Source: an uncultured bacterium (lineage in GTDB: Bacteria > Patescibacteriota > Minisyncoccia > Phycocordibacterales > GCA-2401445). From it: 64,000 bases of DNA. Positions 27,503 through 36,773 of the stretch are shown here, in pieces. How positions within the stretch are numbered: the first letter of the stretch is position 1; every line of letters begins with the position of its first letter. The notes beneath the pieces are model-generated. The model did not search any database. It saw only the letters and a list, made by a program, of their open reading frames with translations, and had not been told where the DNA came from. Location: NCBI GenBank assembly GCA_937952265.1, contig CALFYW010000016.1, positions 334,661 through 398,660 of the forward strand, given 5' to 3'. The position numbers and the translations under genes are program-made.

Positions 27503-28267
27503 TTATAAGTAATCGAGGAGTCTTTCGTAATTGATAAAGTCAAAGAGCTGGTACCCGTATTGAATCGTAAGCCCGAAGTTGTCAGTTGCCAATAAAATCC
27601 CAAGAAGAATAAGGAAGATGCCCCCGATGATTGAAACCCATGTTACGTATTTTGAAATCCTTTCAATATAGTTAGTTGCCTGAGAGAAGGTAAAGGCAAT
27701 AATCAGAAAGGGTATCGCGAGTCCGAATGAGAAAATAGAGAGCATCAACCCTCCTTCTAACGCGGTTCCAGAAGTTCCCGCGAGCAAAAGAATAGAGGCA
27801 AGGATTGGGCCGACACAGGGTGTCCATCCAAGCGCGAAGGTTCCACCAATGAAGAAAGAGCTCGATGGTTTGCCAAGGTGCAACCATTGAGGGATGGGAA
27901 TTCGTTTATAGTTTTGAAAAAAAGAAAGTTTGAATACACCGAGCATAAATAAACCAAAAAGAATCACCAGAATTCCTCCAATACGCGCAAGCCAGATCCG
28001 GTATGGCGCAAGCGCGGTTCCGGCAAAACCAGCAAGCATACCAAACGCGATAAAGATAAAAGAAAACCCAACGATAAACGCAAGGCCGTTTAAGAATATC
28101 TTTCGACGCGCCACTTTTCTAGTCTGGGGATTCTTCAGCGCTTCCTGATCAACACCACTAATAAATCCAAGATACGCGGGCACTAACGGCAGGGTGCATG
28201 GTGCAAGAAAGGTGAGGATTCCTGCGAAAAATGAGGCAATTACAAATCCGATACTAAGTTCAATCAT
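27503..28267 (-). CDS. ccdA: Cytochrome c-type biogenesis / thiol-disulfide transmembrane transporter CcdA (DsbD family)
   Basis: Polytopic membrane protein with LAPCTLPLVPAYLGFISG and the second conserved Cys region (GWTPCVGPILASILL). Confidence 0.85.
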   Translation of the reverse strand: MIELSIGFVIASFFAGILTFLAPCTLPLVPAYLGFISGVDQEALKNPQTRKVARRKIFLNGLAFIVGFSFIFIAFGMLAGFAGTALAPYRIWLARIGGILVILFGLFMLGVFKLSFFQNYKRIPIPQWLHLGKPSSSFFIGGTFALGWTPCVGPILASILLLAGTSGTALEGGLMLSIFSFGLAIPFLIIAFTFSQATNYIERISKYVTWVSIIGGIFLILLGILLATDNFGLTIQYGYQLFDFINYERLLDYL

Positions 28268-28271
28268 ATAT

Positions 28272-28793
28272 TTATTTAATAAGGTTATTGGTATGTTCGC
28301 GCATCTCGTCTAATTCCATGGGTCCGCGTTTATGTACCATAATCTCTCCTTTATTATTTACAAATATCGTCTCCGGCATAGAGAATCCGCCGATTGATTT
28401 ATAAAATGAATCTGATGGATCAAGTAGAAAGACCATGTCATCGGTGATACCGAGCTCATCGGTATAGCTTTTTGCTTTCTCTAAAGACTCTCGCCGATCA
28501 ATAGCGATGACAACCACTTCATCAGCGAATTCTTTTTGAAGTTGTGCAAAATCAGGGAGCTCTTTCCGACAGAAAGGGCACCACACCGCCCAACTATTGA
28601 TCACGAGTGGCTGACCACGGAATGTTTCTAACGAAACCTCATTTCCTTGGTAATTGAGAAGTGACGCGTTAGAGAAAGCATCAAAATCACTTGTCGTTAC
28701 CCTTGTTGAGATATTGCGATGGTCTCTCAAAAAAATCCATGCCCCGGTAATGATGGTTAACAGTAGTAAGCCTAAAATGAGAAATTTTTTCAT
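28272..28793 (-). CDS. TlpA/ResA-like thioredoxin-fold thiol-disulfide oxidoreductase
   Basis: Signal/TM anchor plus a WAVWCPFCRKELP (CxxC) thioredoxin motif. Confidence 0.8.
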   Translation of the reverse strand: MKKFLILGLLLLTIITGAWIFLRDHRNISTRVTTSDFDAFSNASLLNYQGNEVSLETFRGQPLVINSWAVWCPFCRKELPDFAQLQKEFADEVVVIAIDRRESLEKAKSYTDELGITDDMVFLLDPSDSFYKSIGGFSMPETIFVNNKGEIMVHKRGPMELDEMREHTNNLIK

Positions 28794-28794
28794 A

Positions 28795-29490
28795 TTAATT
28801 GTTTCGTGCGCGTTCAATAATACCTAATATCTGCTCATATGGTAATGCGCCACTGAATGAGATGAGTTGGTTATCTTCGGTAACGACGATGACATGTGGT
28901 GTACCTCGTCCTCCCATGAGAGCTACTTCAGTTAAATCACGCTCAATTTCTTTTATGATTTCGGAATCTTTTAAACAGGTAGCAAATATGTTGGAGTCGA
29001 TCTCAGCTCTATTAACAAATGATGTATAAAAAGCGTTATCTAATTTTCTCTGATTTTTAAACGCGGTGTCGGTAAAATCCCAAAAATCACTATTTCCACC
29101 ACTACGAGCAATACACTCAGAGGCAATGGCCGCGGAAAACGCGCGCGCGTGAGTAGTGAGAGGAAAGTGTCGGTATATCCATGCCACATCCTCATTTTCC
29201 TTAATGATTCGGTCAAGAGTTATGTGTAGGCGCGCACAAAAGGGACACTCAAAATCACTGAACTCAACAATTTTTATTGGTGCTTGAGGATTTCCTCGTA
29301 TATGGTCGCCAGCGTTTGGCATTCTAAATTCACTAACCCGTGGTGTGCTTACGAATCCCTCGTTATCGCTATTGCGGTGCGGCCTATACTCGCTATTGGT
29401 ATTCACAAAGACAATTGCACCCGCAATAAGTACTCCGGTAACAACAATTCCAAGTGGTGCGCCGTACCCGCTTTGTGTATTTTTCTTCAT
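28795..29490 (-). CDS. DsbA-family thioredoxin-domain protein
   Basis: TM anchor, then FSDFECPFCARLH (CPFC active site) and a DsbA-like helical insertion. Confidence 0.75.
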   Translation of the reverse strand: MKKNTQSGYGAPLGIVVTGVLIAGAIVFVNTNSEYRPHRNSDNEGFVSTPRVSEFRMPNAGDHIRGNPQAPIKIVEFSDFECPFCARLHITLDRIIKENEDVAWIYRHFPLTTHARAFSAAIASECIARSGGNSDFWDFTDTAFKNQRKLDNAFYTSFVNRAEIDSNIFATCLKDSEIIKEIERDLTEVALMGGRGTPHVIVVTEDNQLISFSGALPYEQILGIIERARNN

Positions 29491-29501
29491 ATATTTACGC
29501 A

Positions 29502-30554
29502 TTATCGAAATAGTTCTGTCTCTGGGTGTACCGCGAGCCATGAGAACCAAAACCCAGGAATTGAAGGAAGCACGTCACCGTTTGCGGTAAACATGATTTC
29601 TCCCAAATCGGTTTTTGTGATCACGATATTTTTTTGGGCGAATGTGTCAGTAACGGTGCCCGAGAATGCGTCATGGTGGTATGCTTTATATTTCCCATCT
29701 ATTTCAATTCCATGCACGAGCGCCTTTGGGTGGAGCCGGGTGTCATTGAACGATGCGCCGAATGACACTGATTCACTGGTATAATAATCACCATAGGGAT
29801 CACGATGGTAGTCTTGTGTTGCGCCGGTATTCTCTGAGAGCACTTTCGTATCGGGGTACTTCTCTCTCCAATCGCCAAAACGAACCACGTCAGATCGTAT
29901 AATGCGAAGTCTTTTTCCGGTATGTGCTCCAAGAACTGCTTCACCGAGTACCTGCGACCATAAAGATTCCTCATCCTCATTTGCTGCACGGTTATACATT
30001 AATAGGTTTGATTGCCAGAGTCGGCCTGACACACCAAATTCTTCTATCTCTCCATCGACACGACGGTCGAACACAATACCCGTAGCGCAAAGAGGGCAGT
30101 ACGTTACCAGTACCGGTTGACCCAGAACCGTGTCGTTTACGATCTCATGCCAGACAAGAATGCGGTATGGATAGAAGCGATTTTCTCCATTGATGCTAAG
30201 CCCAAGTCCTGGATCCGCATCATTTAAGAATACTGCCTCAGATGCTTCAATAAACTCCGGGTTATCAATTGAAGGGATGCCGTCTTTACCTGGTCCTCCC
30301 GAGAGAATCTCGTTAAGTGGAATAGTGTGTTTGACTCCATCGGTTATGGAAATAGTCCTTTCACTTTGTATTGTGGGCTTTGAGTTAGATCGATTTTCAC
30401 TTTCAATTATTTCTGCAACTTCTTTTGTTACCTTTTCTTCTTTTTCGAGTGAGATGGTCTCTCCGTTTGGGATCGGGAATGTCCTACTCTCGAGATACCA
30501 TATACCGAGACCTCCGGAGAGAAGAACCAAGATTAGGATAGGTGTATATTTCAT
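29502..30554 (-). CDS. DUF3179 domain protein, secreted/anchored
   Basis: N-terminal signal/TM, then GKDGIPSIDNPEF...PVLVTYCPLCATGIVFDRR, which is characteristic of DUF3179. Confidence 0.65.
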   Translation of the reverse strand: MKYTPILILVLLSGGLGIWYLESRTFPIPNGETISLEKEEKVTKEVAEIIESENRSNSKPTIQSERTISITDGVKHTIPLNEILSGGPGKDGIPSIDNPEFIEASEAVFLNDADPGLGLSINGENRFYPYRILVWHEIVNDTVLGQPVLVTYCPLCATGIVFDRRVDGEIEEFGVSGRLWQSNLLMYNRAANEDEESLWSQVLGEAVLGAHTGKRLRIIRSDVVRFGDWREKYPDTKVLSENTGATQDYHRDPYGDYYTSESVSFGASFNDTRLHPKALVHGIEIDGKYKAYHHDAFSGTVTDTFAQKNIVITKTDLGEIMFTANGDVLPSIPGFWFSWLAVHPETELFR

Positions 30555-30558
30555 AGTG

Positions 30559-30867
30559 TTACTTTAAAGCATTAATTACAGTTCTAATTTTTTTTGTAAG
30601 GTTGGTGTGGGTTGGGAAGTAACATTTTGTTCTTCCGATTCGAATACTTTTAACAACACCTCGAGCTTCAAGGTAGGCGAGTTGGTGTGAGGTTGCCGAT
30701 TGCGACAATCCAATATGCTCAGATAATTCATAGACACACAGGTTGCGCTTTGTAGAAATAAGGAGACTCATTAAATGGTAGCGGTTGATATTTGACAGTA
30801 TTCTCATTACTGACCTCGTGTCATTATGTGCTTCTCTGCTTTTTTTATTATATGATGACTTTATCAT
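30559..30867 (-). CDS. ArsR/SmtB-family transcriptional regulator
   Basis: ...LCVYELSEHIGLSQSATSHQLAYLEARGVV... is a winged-HTH with the ArsR signature. It is the first gene of a minus-strand operon. Confidence 0.8.
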   Translation of the reverse strand: MIKSSYNKKSREAHNDTRSVMRILSNINRYHLMSLLISTKRNLCVYELSEHIGLSQSATSHQLAYLEARGVVKSIRIGRTKCYFPTHTNLTKKIRTVINALK

Positions 30868-30901
30868 ATATTCATATATTACAGAGAAGTATTTTCTCTG
30901 T
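30849..30901. promoter_or_regulatory. Two palindromes immediately upstream of arsR (candidate operator and promoter region)
   Basis: TATATGAT-gacttt-ATCATATA, followed by ACAGAGAA-gtat-TTCTCTGT. These are 8-bp perfect inverted repeats 14-50 nt upstream of, or overlapping, the arsR start. Confidence 0.3.
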
Positions 30902-30987
30902 CAAAGATTCAGTGCTCTATTCTTGAAAATGGAAAAAAGCACCACGTATAAGAGTGATGCGTCTCCATACTAGCCCAGGTCTATTTT

Positions 30988-31072
30988 TGGTGCTGGGGGC
31001 GGGAATCGAACCCGCATGCCTTTCGACACACGATTTTGAGTCGTGCGCGTCTACCAATTCCGCCACCCCAGC
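30988..31072 (-). tRNA. tRNA-Leu (anticodon CAA), CCA encoded
   Basis: GCTGGGG-TG-GCGG-AATTGGTAGA-CGC-G-CACGA-CTCAAAA-TCGTG-[var]-GCGGG-TTCGATT-CCCGC-CCCCAGC-A-CCA. Confidence 0.9.
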
Positions 31073-31167
31073 AGCGGTGTTCATAGTGTACTTGAGAAGA
31101 GAGAAGAACACAATTAATGAGCGGTTTTTCTTTTGTTTTGGCATGATATATAATACTGAAAATAGGT

Positions 31168-32196
31168 ATGCCAGATTCGAATTTTCGAGATAATTCAATT
31201 TTTTGGATTGAGGTTGAAAAGATCGACCCCAATCCATACCAACCTCGTAATAACTTTGATGATAACAGGTTACAGGATTTGGCTGATTCAATACGTCAGT
31301 ATGGAGTACTTCAGCCGCTTGTAGTAACTCGTCGAGAAACACTCAAAGATGACGGTGGGCTTTTGGTAAGCTACGAGCTTATTGCCGGCGAGCGCAGACT
31401 TCGTGCTTCAAAAATTGCTGGTATTACGCAGGTTCCAGCAATTATTCGTTCAGGGAATGATGATGCGCGAGTGAAGCTCGAGCTTGCGATTATTGAGAAT
31501 CTTCAACGTGAAGATCTTAACCCTGTCGATCGTGCTAAAGCGTTTTATCGTCTCGGTACTGAGTTTGGGTTTAAGCATAGTGAAATTGGAAAGAAAGTTG
31601 GAAAAAGCCGTGAGTATGTCTCAAATACGCTTCGCCTACTTTCTCTGCCACAGGAAATGCTCGACGCAATGGTTCGCGGAGAGATCTATGAGGGGCATAC
31701 GCGACCACTGTTAATGCTTGCAGATCGTCCAGACCAACAACGCACGCTATTTCGAGAAATTGTGTATAAAAAAATGAATGTCCGTGAAGCGGAAGGTATT
31801 GCCCGTCGTATTGCGGTTGATCGTGCGCGAAAACGTGAGAGTGCAAGTAATCCCGAAATGATTGAACTTGAAAGTAAGCTCTCAGAATCTCTTGGTACTC
31901 GAGTCCAAATTGAGGAGCGAGAACGAGGGGGAAAAATCACCATCGACTTCTTTTCTAAAGGTGATCTTGATCATATCCTCGCATTAATTAAGTCAAACCA
32001 GGTTCGGAGTCCAACCGAGATGATGGATCGCTTCATTGAGAGTTTAAACCAGAATGGGGAGAAAACCCCTTCTCCTGAAACACCTTCGAAAGAAGAAGCT
32101 CCTCAGGATGGCACTCAACCTGAACCAGAGAAGAAGACGGAAGAGCAAAATGAAGATGACAGCGACCTCTATTCTGTAAAGAATTTCTCAATCTAA
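31168..32196 (+). CDS. parB: Chromosome-partitioning protein ParB/Spo0J
   Basis: ...GVLQPLVVTRRET..YELIAGERRLRASKIAG.. (ParB box), an HTH, and a long acidic C-terminal tail. Confidence 0.85.
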   Translation: MPDSNFRDNSIFWIEVEKIDPNPYQPRNNFDDNRLQDLADSIRQYGVLQPLVVTRRETLKDDGGLLVSYELIAGERRLRASKIAGITQVPAIIRSGNDDARVKLELAIIENLQREDLNPVDRAKAFYRLGTEFGFKHSEIGKKVGKSREYVSNTLRLLSLPQEMLDAMVRGEIYEGHTRPLLMLADRPDQQRTLFREIVYKKMNVREAEGIARRIAVDRARKRESASNPEMIELESKLSESLGTRVQIEERERGGKITIDFFSKGDLDHILALIKSNQVRSPTEMMDRFIESLNQNGEKTPSPETPSKEEAPQDGTQPEPEKKTEEQNEDDSDLYSVKNFSI

Positions 32197-33756
32197 CTAA
32201 ATTTTTTTCTGTTCTTGGGCAAGGTAGGTATTGATTTGTTTTCGGGCAAGCGCGGTTTTCACGTACGCGAGCCACTTGTTTGATGGATGCGCTGACGCTT
32301 TGACGTTAATTTCAACATGATCTCCATTTTTAAGTGGGGTGTCAATGGCAACAAATTTCCCATTCACTTTTGCTCCTGCAGTGTGATTTCCGATATCGGA
32401 GTGGATTGCGTATGCAAAATCAATGGGGCTTGAGCCAATAGGAAGATCGATAACATCTCCTTTGGGAGTGAAGATAAAAACGCGCGCTTCAAAAAAGTCA
32501 GTAGTGAGGTCGTCCATAAAACCTTTTTTATCGTTATCAGAATCTTTGACCTGCACTTCTGCTAACTCTTTTACCCACCGTGGCACATCTTCATATCGAT
32601 AATGTTGCGTCTTATTAAGCGGTGTCTTGTTTGCTGTTTCGTCTTCTTCGCTATCGCTGAAGAGTGGTAGTCTAGGTAAAAGACTTTTGATCCATGCGAA
32701 CGTGTTGAATTTCTCTCCTTTCCTGGTTTCTTTGTAGCTGAAGTGCGATGCCACACCATACTCTGCTTCTTGGTGCATTTCTCGGGTGCGAATTTGGATT
32801 TCCACAATACCTCCATCACCTGTAAAAACGGTGGTATGAATACTTTGGTATCCATTTGGTTTTTCGGTAGCGATATAATCTTTAATACGCCCTGGTATTG
32901 GCTTCCACGTACCATGAATCATCCCAAGGATGGCATAGCAGTCACTTACCGTATGGGTGATGATTCTAATCGCAGCAATATCATAAATTTCTTCGATATT
33001 CATGTTCTTGCGTTTTAGTTTAAGATACAGGCTGTACAATCCTTTAACTCGATAATCAATTTCAACATCAGTAATATGCTCCCGTGCGAGTATCTTCTTG
33101 ACTGATTTTAAGGTTTTTTCAAGATATTTCTGCCCCTCTTTGCTTTTTTTGCGGAGTAGCTGTTTTGTTTCTTGATATTCTTTCGGGTGTACATATTCAA
33201 AAGCCAGATCCTCGAGCTCTCGATGAAATTTTCGGATTCCAAGTCGATACGCAAGTGGAGCGTAGATCTCAAGCGTCTCAAGTGCAATACGGTAGCGTTT
33301 TTCTTCTGGTACATATTGGAGTGTCTCCATGTTATGAAGCCGATCCGCGAGTTTAATAATAATGACACGGAGATCTTGTGCCATTGCAACAAAAAGTTTT
33401 CTCAGACTTTCCGTATAACGCTGTACTCCTTGATAACGTATTTTTCCAAGTTTAGTTACCCCTTCAACCAAAAATAAAATCTCTTCTCCAAATTTTTCTT
33501 TGAGTGTCTGGGGGTCCACCCCCGCGTCTTCAAGAGTATCGTGGAGCAGTCCTGCCGCAATGACACGAGGTCCCATTCCAATTCTCGCTAAATTCTTTGC
33601 GGTTTCAAATACATGGAGAAAATAAGGGTCTCCCGAGAATCGCTTTTCTCCTTCATGGGCATTTTTAGCAAACTCGTAGGCATCATCAATTAACTTTTCT
33701 CCCTCGGTGTCCGGGCGTGTCTCCATGAGCTTAAGAATATCCTCAATATTTTTCAT
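32197..33756 (-). CDS. RelA/SpoT-family (p)ppGpp synthetase/hydrolase (HD + synthetase + TGS; short form)
   Basis: HD motif (...HDTLEDAGV...), the synthetase region (...YQSIHTTV...) and a TGS domain (FIFTPKGDVIDLPIGSSPIDFAYAIHSDIG). Confidence 0.9.
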   Translation of the reverse strand: MKNIEDILKLMETRPDTEGEKLIDDAYEFAKNAHEGEKRFSGDPYFLHVFETAKNLARIGMGPRVIAAGLLHDTLEDAGVDPQTLKEKFGEEILFLVEGVTKLGKIRYQGVQRYTESLRKLFVAMAQDLRVIIIKLADRLHNMETLQYVPEEKRYRIALETLEIYAPLAYRLGIRKFHRELEDLAFEYVHPKEYQETKQLLRKKSKEGQKYLEKTLKSVKKILAREHITDVEIDYRVKGLYSLYLKLKRKNMNIEEIYDIAAIRIITHTVSDCYAILGMIHGTWKPIPGRIKDYIATEKPNGYQSIHTTVFTGDGGIVEIQIRTREMHQEAEYGVASHFSYKETRKGEKFNTFAWIKSLLPRLPLFSDSEEDETANKTPLNKTQHYRYEDVPRWVKELAEVQVKDSDNDKKGFMDDLTTDFFEARVFIFTPKGDVIDLPIGSSPIDFAYAIHSDIGNHTAGAKVNGKFVAIDTPLKNGDHVEINVKASAHPSNKWLAYVKTALARKQINTYLAQEQKKI

Positions 33757-33801
33757 AGCGTTAGTATAACACCTCTTTTTCGCTCATCCGAGAATTGGGT
33801 A

Positions 33802-33829
33802 TAAAAAACCGCCTACACGTGTAGGCGGT
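33802..33829 (-). terminator. Rho-independent terminator after the NUDIX gene
   Basis: Perfect palindrome ACCGCCTACAC|GTGTAGGCGGT. On the minus strand it is followed by TTTTTT. Confidence 0.6.
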
Positions 33830-33853
33830 GTGATATTCTCTACCAATAGGTTT

Positions 33854-34339
33854 TTAACCCTTCAGATGCGCGAACCCATCTTTGATGGTTTGTATTTCGT
33901 CCGGAAACATTGCGATGACTCTCCGATCGTTGACACCTTCCGCTTTGCTGAATTTGCGGACATCTTTGATGTCCGAGATCTCATCTTCCCTGATGAGGCG
34001 AAGCCCACCGGTTCCGGGATGGGGTCGGAATTGCCGGACCGTGAAAAAAGGAACACTTTTGATAAAAGAAACCACCCGTGTTTTCTTGGATGAAGAGAGT
34101 GCTATCACAGGTAACAGGTATGAATAATCGATACCAATCTCCTCTATGATCTCACGTTTAAGTGCTTCCTGCGGATTTTCTCCGTCATGAAGCTTTCCAT
34201 GCACGGTAATTTGATGTGCCCCCGGCCATGACTCACTTCTCTGAGTTTCAAAATTCCAAGCACCACGTGCTTGGAGTATTCCGTGCAACGTTCCATTGAT
34301 GCTCGTAAATACCAATAGTCCTACTGACGTCGTTTTCAA
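33854..34339 (-). CDS. NUDIX hydrolase
   Basis: Nudix box GKLHDGENPQEALKREIIEEIGI (GX5EX7REUXEEXGU). Confidence 0.8.
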   Translation of the reverse strand: MKTTSVGLLVFTSINGTLHGILQARGAWNFETQRSESWPGAHQITVHGKLHDGENPQEALKREIIEEIGIDYSYLLPVIALSSSKKTRVVSFIKSVPFFTVRQFRPHPGTGGLRLIREDEISDIKDVRKFSKAEGVNDRRVIAMFPDEIQTIKDGFAHLKG

Positions 34340-34406
34340 TGAACCTCCTTTTCTGTTAAGGGTTTTTTCTGGAGGTCACTTTAACACAAGGTGTTTTTGG
34401 GTCAAG

Positions 34407-36593
34407 TTATTTTTTGACCCCTTTCTTTGTACCTCTGCGTCTTCGCACCTTTTCTTCCTTGAGAATTTCAAGCGCGCGCGGAAGCTCGATAGTATACACA
34501 TCGTCTTCTTTGAGAGATCGGAAATCTCCATCATGGACGATGTAGGGTCCAAAACGGCCGATATTTGCAGTAATTTCATTTCCTGTTGTTGGGTGTGTTC
34601 CGAGTATCCGTGGCAAACTCAAAAGTTTGAGTGCTTCTTTCATGGTAATCTGAGCAGGGTCCATTTCTTTCGGAATACTTGCTCGTCGGGGTTTTTTATT
34701 CGTCTTTGTCTTTTCTCCAAGTTGAAGGTATGGCCCGAATCTTCCGTCAAGTAGAAAGATTGGTTCTTGAGTTTCCGGATGTGTGCCAATTGGCTTACTC
34801 GGCTCGATCTCTTTTCCTTCGAGCGTGCGCATTCCATCACATGTAGGAAAGGTGTTACAGCTAAGAAATTTTCCTCCTCGGCCAAGCTTTATGACCATCG
34901 CACTTTTACACTTTGGACATCGAATATCTTGGGGGGCCTCACCAAGTGTCGTAATCTTTGCGGTCTTTTCTTTTTCTGAGACTTCTTTGTGGAACGGGGT
35001 GTAAAACGTAGCAAGGGTTTCCTCGTATTCACGTTTCCCTTCGGCAATATCATCGAGCTTATCTTCCATTTCTGCCGTAAATGAATCGCTCACATAGGTT
35101 GTGAAGTTTTCCTCGAGAAACGAACTCACCACTTCTCCGGTGTCAGTTGGTTTCAATGATCGGTTTATTTTTTCAACGTATCCTCGGTCTTCGAGTGTCT
35201 TCATAATGCTTGCATACGTTGATGGTCGGCCAATGCCTCGCTTCTCTAGTTCTTTAACCAATCCTGCCTCCGTATAACGTGATGGTGGTTGGGTTTCTTT
35301 CTCTTCTGAAGCAATGTCTTGCAAGGTTAAAGGATCATCATTTTTTACTTTTGGAATTTCAACATCTTCTCCACGAGCTCTCGGATCAGCTCTAAGCCAT
35401 CCATCGAACGTAACGCGAGAACCAGTGATCGTGAATGGGGGGAAATCGGTATCCGTGGGTCCTCCGGTGATCCCCGCAGTTACTTTTGTGCGCATAAGTT
35501 TTGCGGGAGCCATCTGTGAAGCAATGGTTCGTCCCCAGATAAGCTCGTATAATTTTTTCTGTTCAGGAGTTGTTCCTGCGTGGGCTTTTGTACAATTGGT
35601 TGGTCGTATTGCCTCATGCGCTTCTTGCGCGTTTTTGCTTTTTTTGGAGAAGGTGTGGGGTTCGTAATAGGTATCACCGAACGCTTTCTTCACGGTCGTC
35701 TCAATTTGCTTGAGCGCAACGGCACTCAATGATGTGCTATCGGTGCGCATATAGGTAATGAATCCTCGTTCATAGAGGCGTTGGGCGATTGCCATTGTTC
35801 GTGCGGGAGAAAAACCAAGTCTCGAGCTCGCCGCTTGTTGGAGTGTTGAGGTGATGAAAGGCGCCCGCGGAGCACGTTTTACTTCGGTTTCAGCTACATC
35901 GTTTATTTTCCATGGGTGATTCTTTCCGAGAGTGATAATTTCATTCACGCGATTCTGATCCCGAGGTTCTTCGGTAGAGGTAAGCACGAGATTTTCTTTG
36001 CTCACAGTTTCCACCTGTGCGGTGATAATGAAATAGTGCTCGGGCTTAAAAGCTTTGATTTCCCGCTCACGTTCAACCAAGATTCGCAACGCTGGAGATT
36101 GTACACGTCCTGCGGAAAGTCCATATCGAACCTTTTTCCAGATTAAACCAGATAGATCATAGCCAACCAGACGGTCGAGTACGCGACGGGCCTCTTGAGC
36201 ACGACGCAAATCAGTATCAATAGTGCGGGGATGTTCAATTGCTTCCTGGACCGCGTCTTTGGTAATTTCATGGAAGACCACGCGTTTGGGGCGTGAGAGC
36301 CCGACGGCTTCTTTGATATGCCACGCAATGGCTTCTCCTTCGCGGTCAAGGTCAGTCGCGAGCACAATTTCATCAGCGCGGTCTGCAAGTTCTCGTATTT
36401 CCTCGACAATATGTTCTTTACCTTTAACAATTTCATAGTGTGGCAAAAAACCGCGGTCGATATCAATCGCTTTTTTATTGCTTTTCGGAAGATCTCGAAT
36501 GTGTCCTACTGATGCTTTTACGGTGTAGGCATTATCAAGATATTTTGCAATGGTCTTTGCTTTTGCGGGTGATTCAACAATGAGCAACTTCAT
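34407..36593 (-). CDS. topA: DNA topoisomerase I
   Basis: MKLLIVESPAKAKTI (Toprim), GHIRDLP, the active-site Tyr region and C-terminal Zn-ribbon repeats (CPKCKS..., C..C). Confidence 0.95.
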   Translation of the reverse strand: MKLLIVESPAKAKTIAKYLDNAYTVKASVGHIRDLPKSNKKAIDIDRGFLPHYEIVKGKEHIVEEIRELADRADEIVLATDLDREGEAIAWHIKEAVGLSRPKRVVFHEITKDAVQEAIEHPRTIDTDLRRAQEARRVLDRLVGYDLSGLIWKKVRYGLSAGRVQSPALRILVEREREIKAFKPEHYFIITAQVETVSKENLVLTSTEEPRDQNRVNEIITLGKNHPWKINDVAETEVKRAPRAPFITSTLQQAASSRLGFSPARTMAIAQRLYERGFITYMRTDSTSLSAVALKQIETTVKKAFGDTYYEPHTFSKKSKNAQEAHEAIRPTNCTKAHAGTTPEQKKLYELIWGRTIASQMAPAKLMRTKVTAGITGGPTDTDFPPFTITGSRVTFDGWLRADPRARGEDVEIPKVKNDDPLTLQDIASEEKETQPPSRYTEAGLVKELEKRGIGRPSTYASIMKTLEDRGYVEKINRSLKPTDTGEVVSSFLEENFTTYVSDSFTAEMEDKLDDIAEGKREYEETLATFYTPFHKEVSEKEKTAKITTLGEAPQDIRCPKCKSAMVIKLGRGGKFLSCNTFPTCDGMRTLEGKEIEPSKPIGTHPETQEPIFLLDGRFGPYLQLGEKTKTNKKPRRASIPKEMDPAQITMKEALKLLSLPRILGTHPTTGNEITANIGRFGPYIVHDGDFRSLKEDDVYTIELPRALEILKEEKVRRRRGTKKGVKK

Positions 36594-36655
36594 AATAGGT
36601 AGGTCCAGTATTACACGAAAATAAAAAAGGATGCAATATTTTAGGAGTGTCTAAT

Positions 36656-36716
36656 GTAAAAAAACCCAACCACTATTTCGCACGAAGCAAAACAATGATT
36701 GGGTTTAACGAAAGGA
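36656..36716 (-). terminator. Terminator-like hairpin after dprA
   Basis: AAACCCAA-[loop]-TTGGGTTT. On the minus strand the stem is followed by TTTTTTT. Confidence 0.4.
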
Positions 36717-36773
36717 TGCATAGAAGCACCACTCCCTCCTATAAAAACATAATAAGTGATATTTTACAAGTGC

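Noticed and set aside
30917-31342. ORF 30917-31342 (-) and ORF 30954-31193 (+) overlapping tRNA-Leu(CAA)
   Set aside because: They overlap a well-folded tRNA and the parB start region. No domain was seen, so they were judged spurious.
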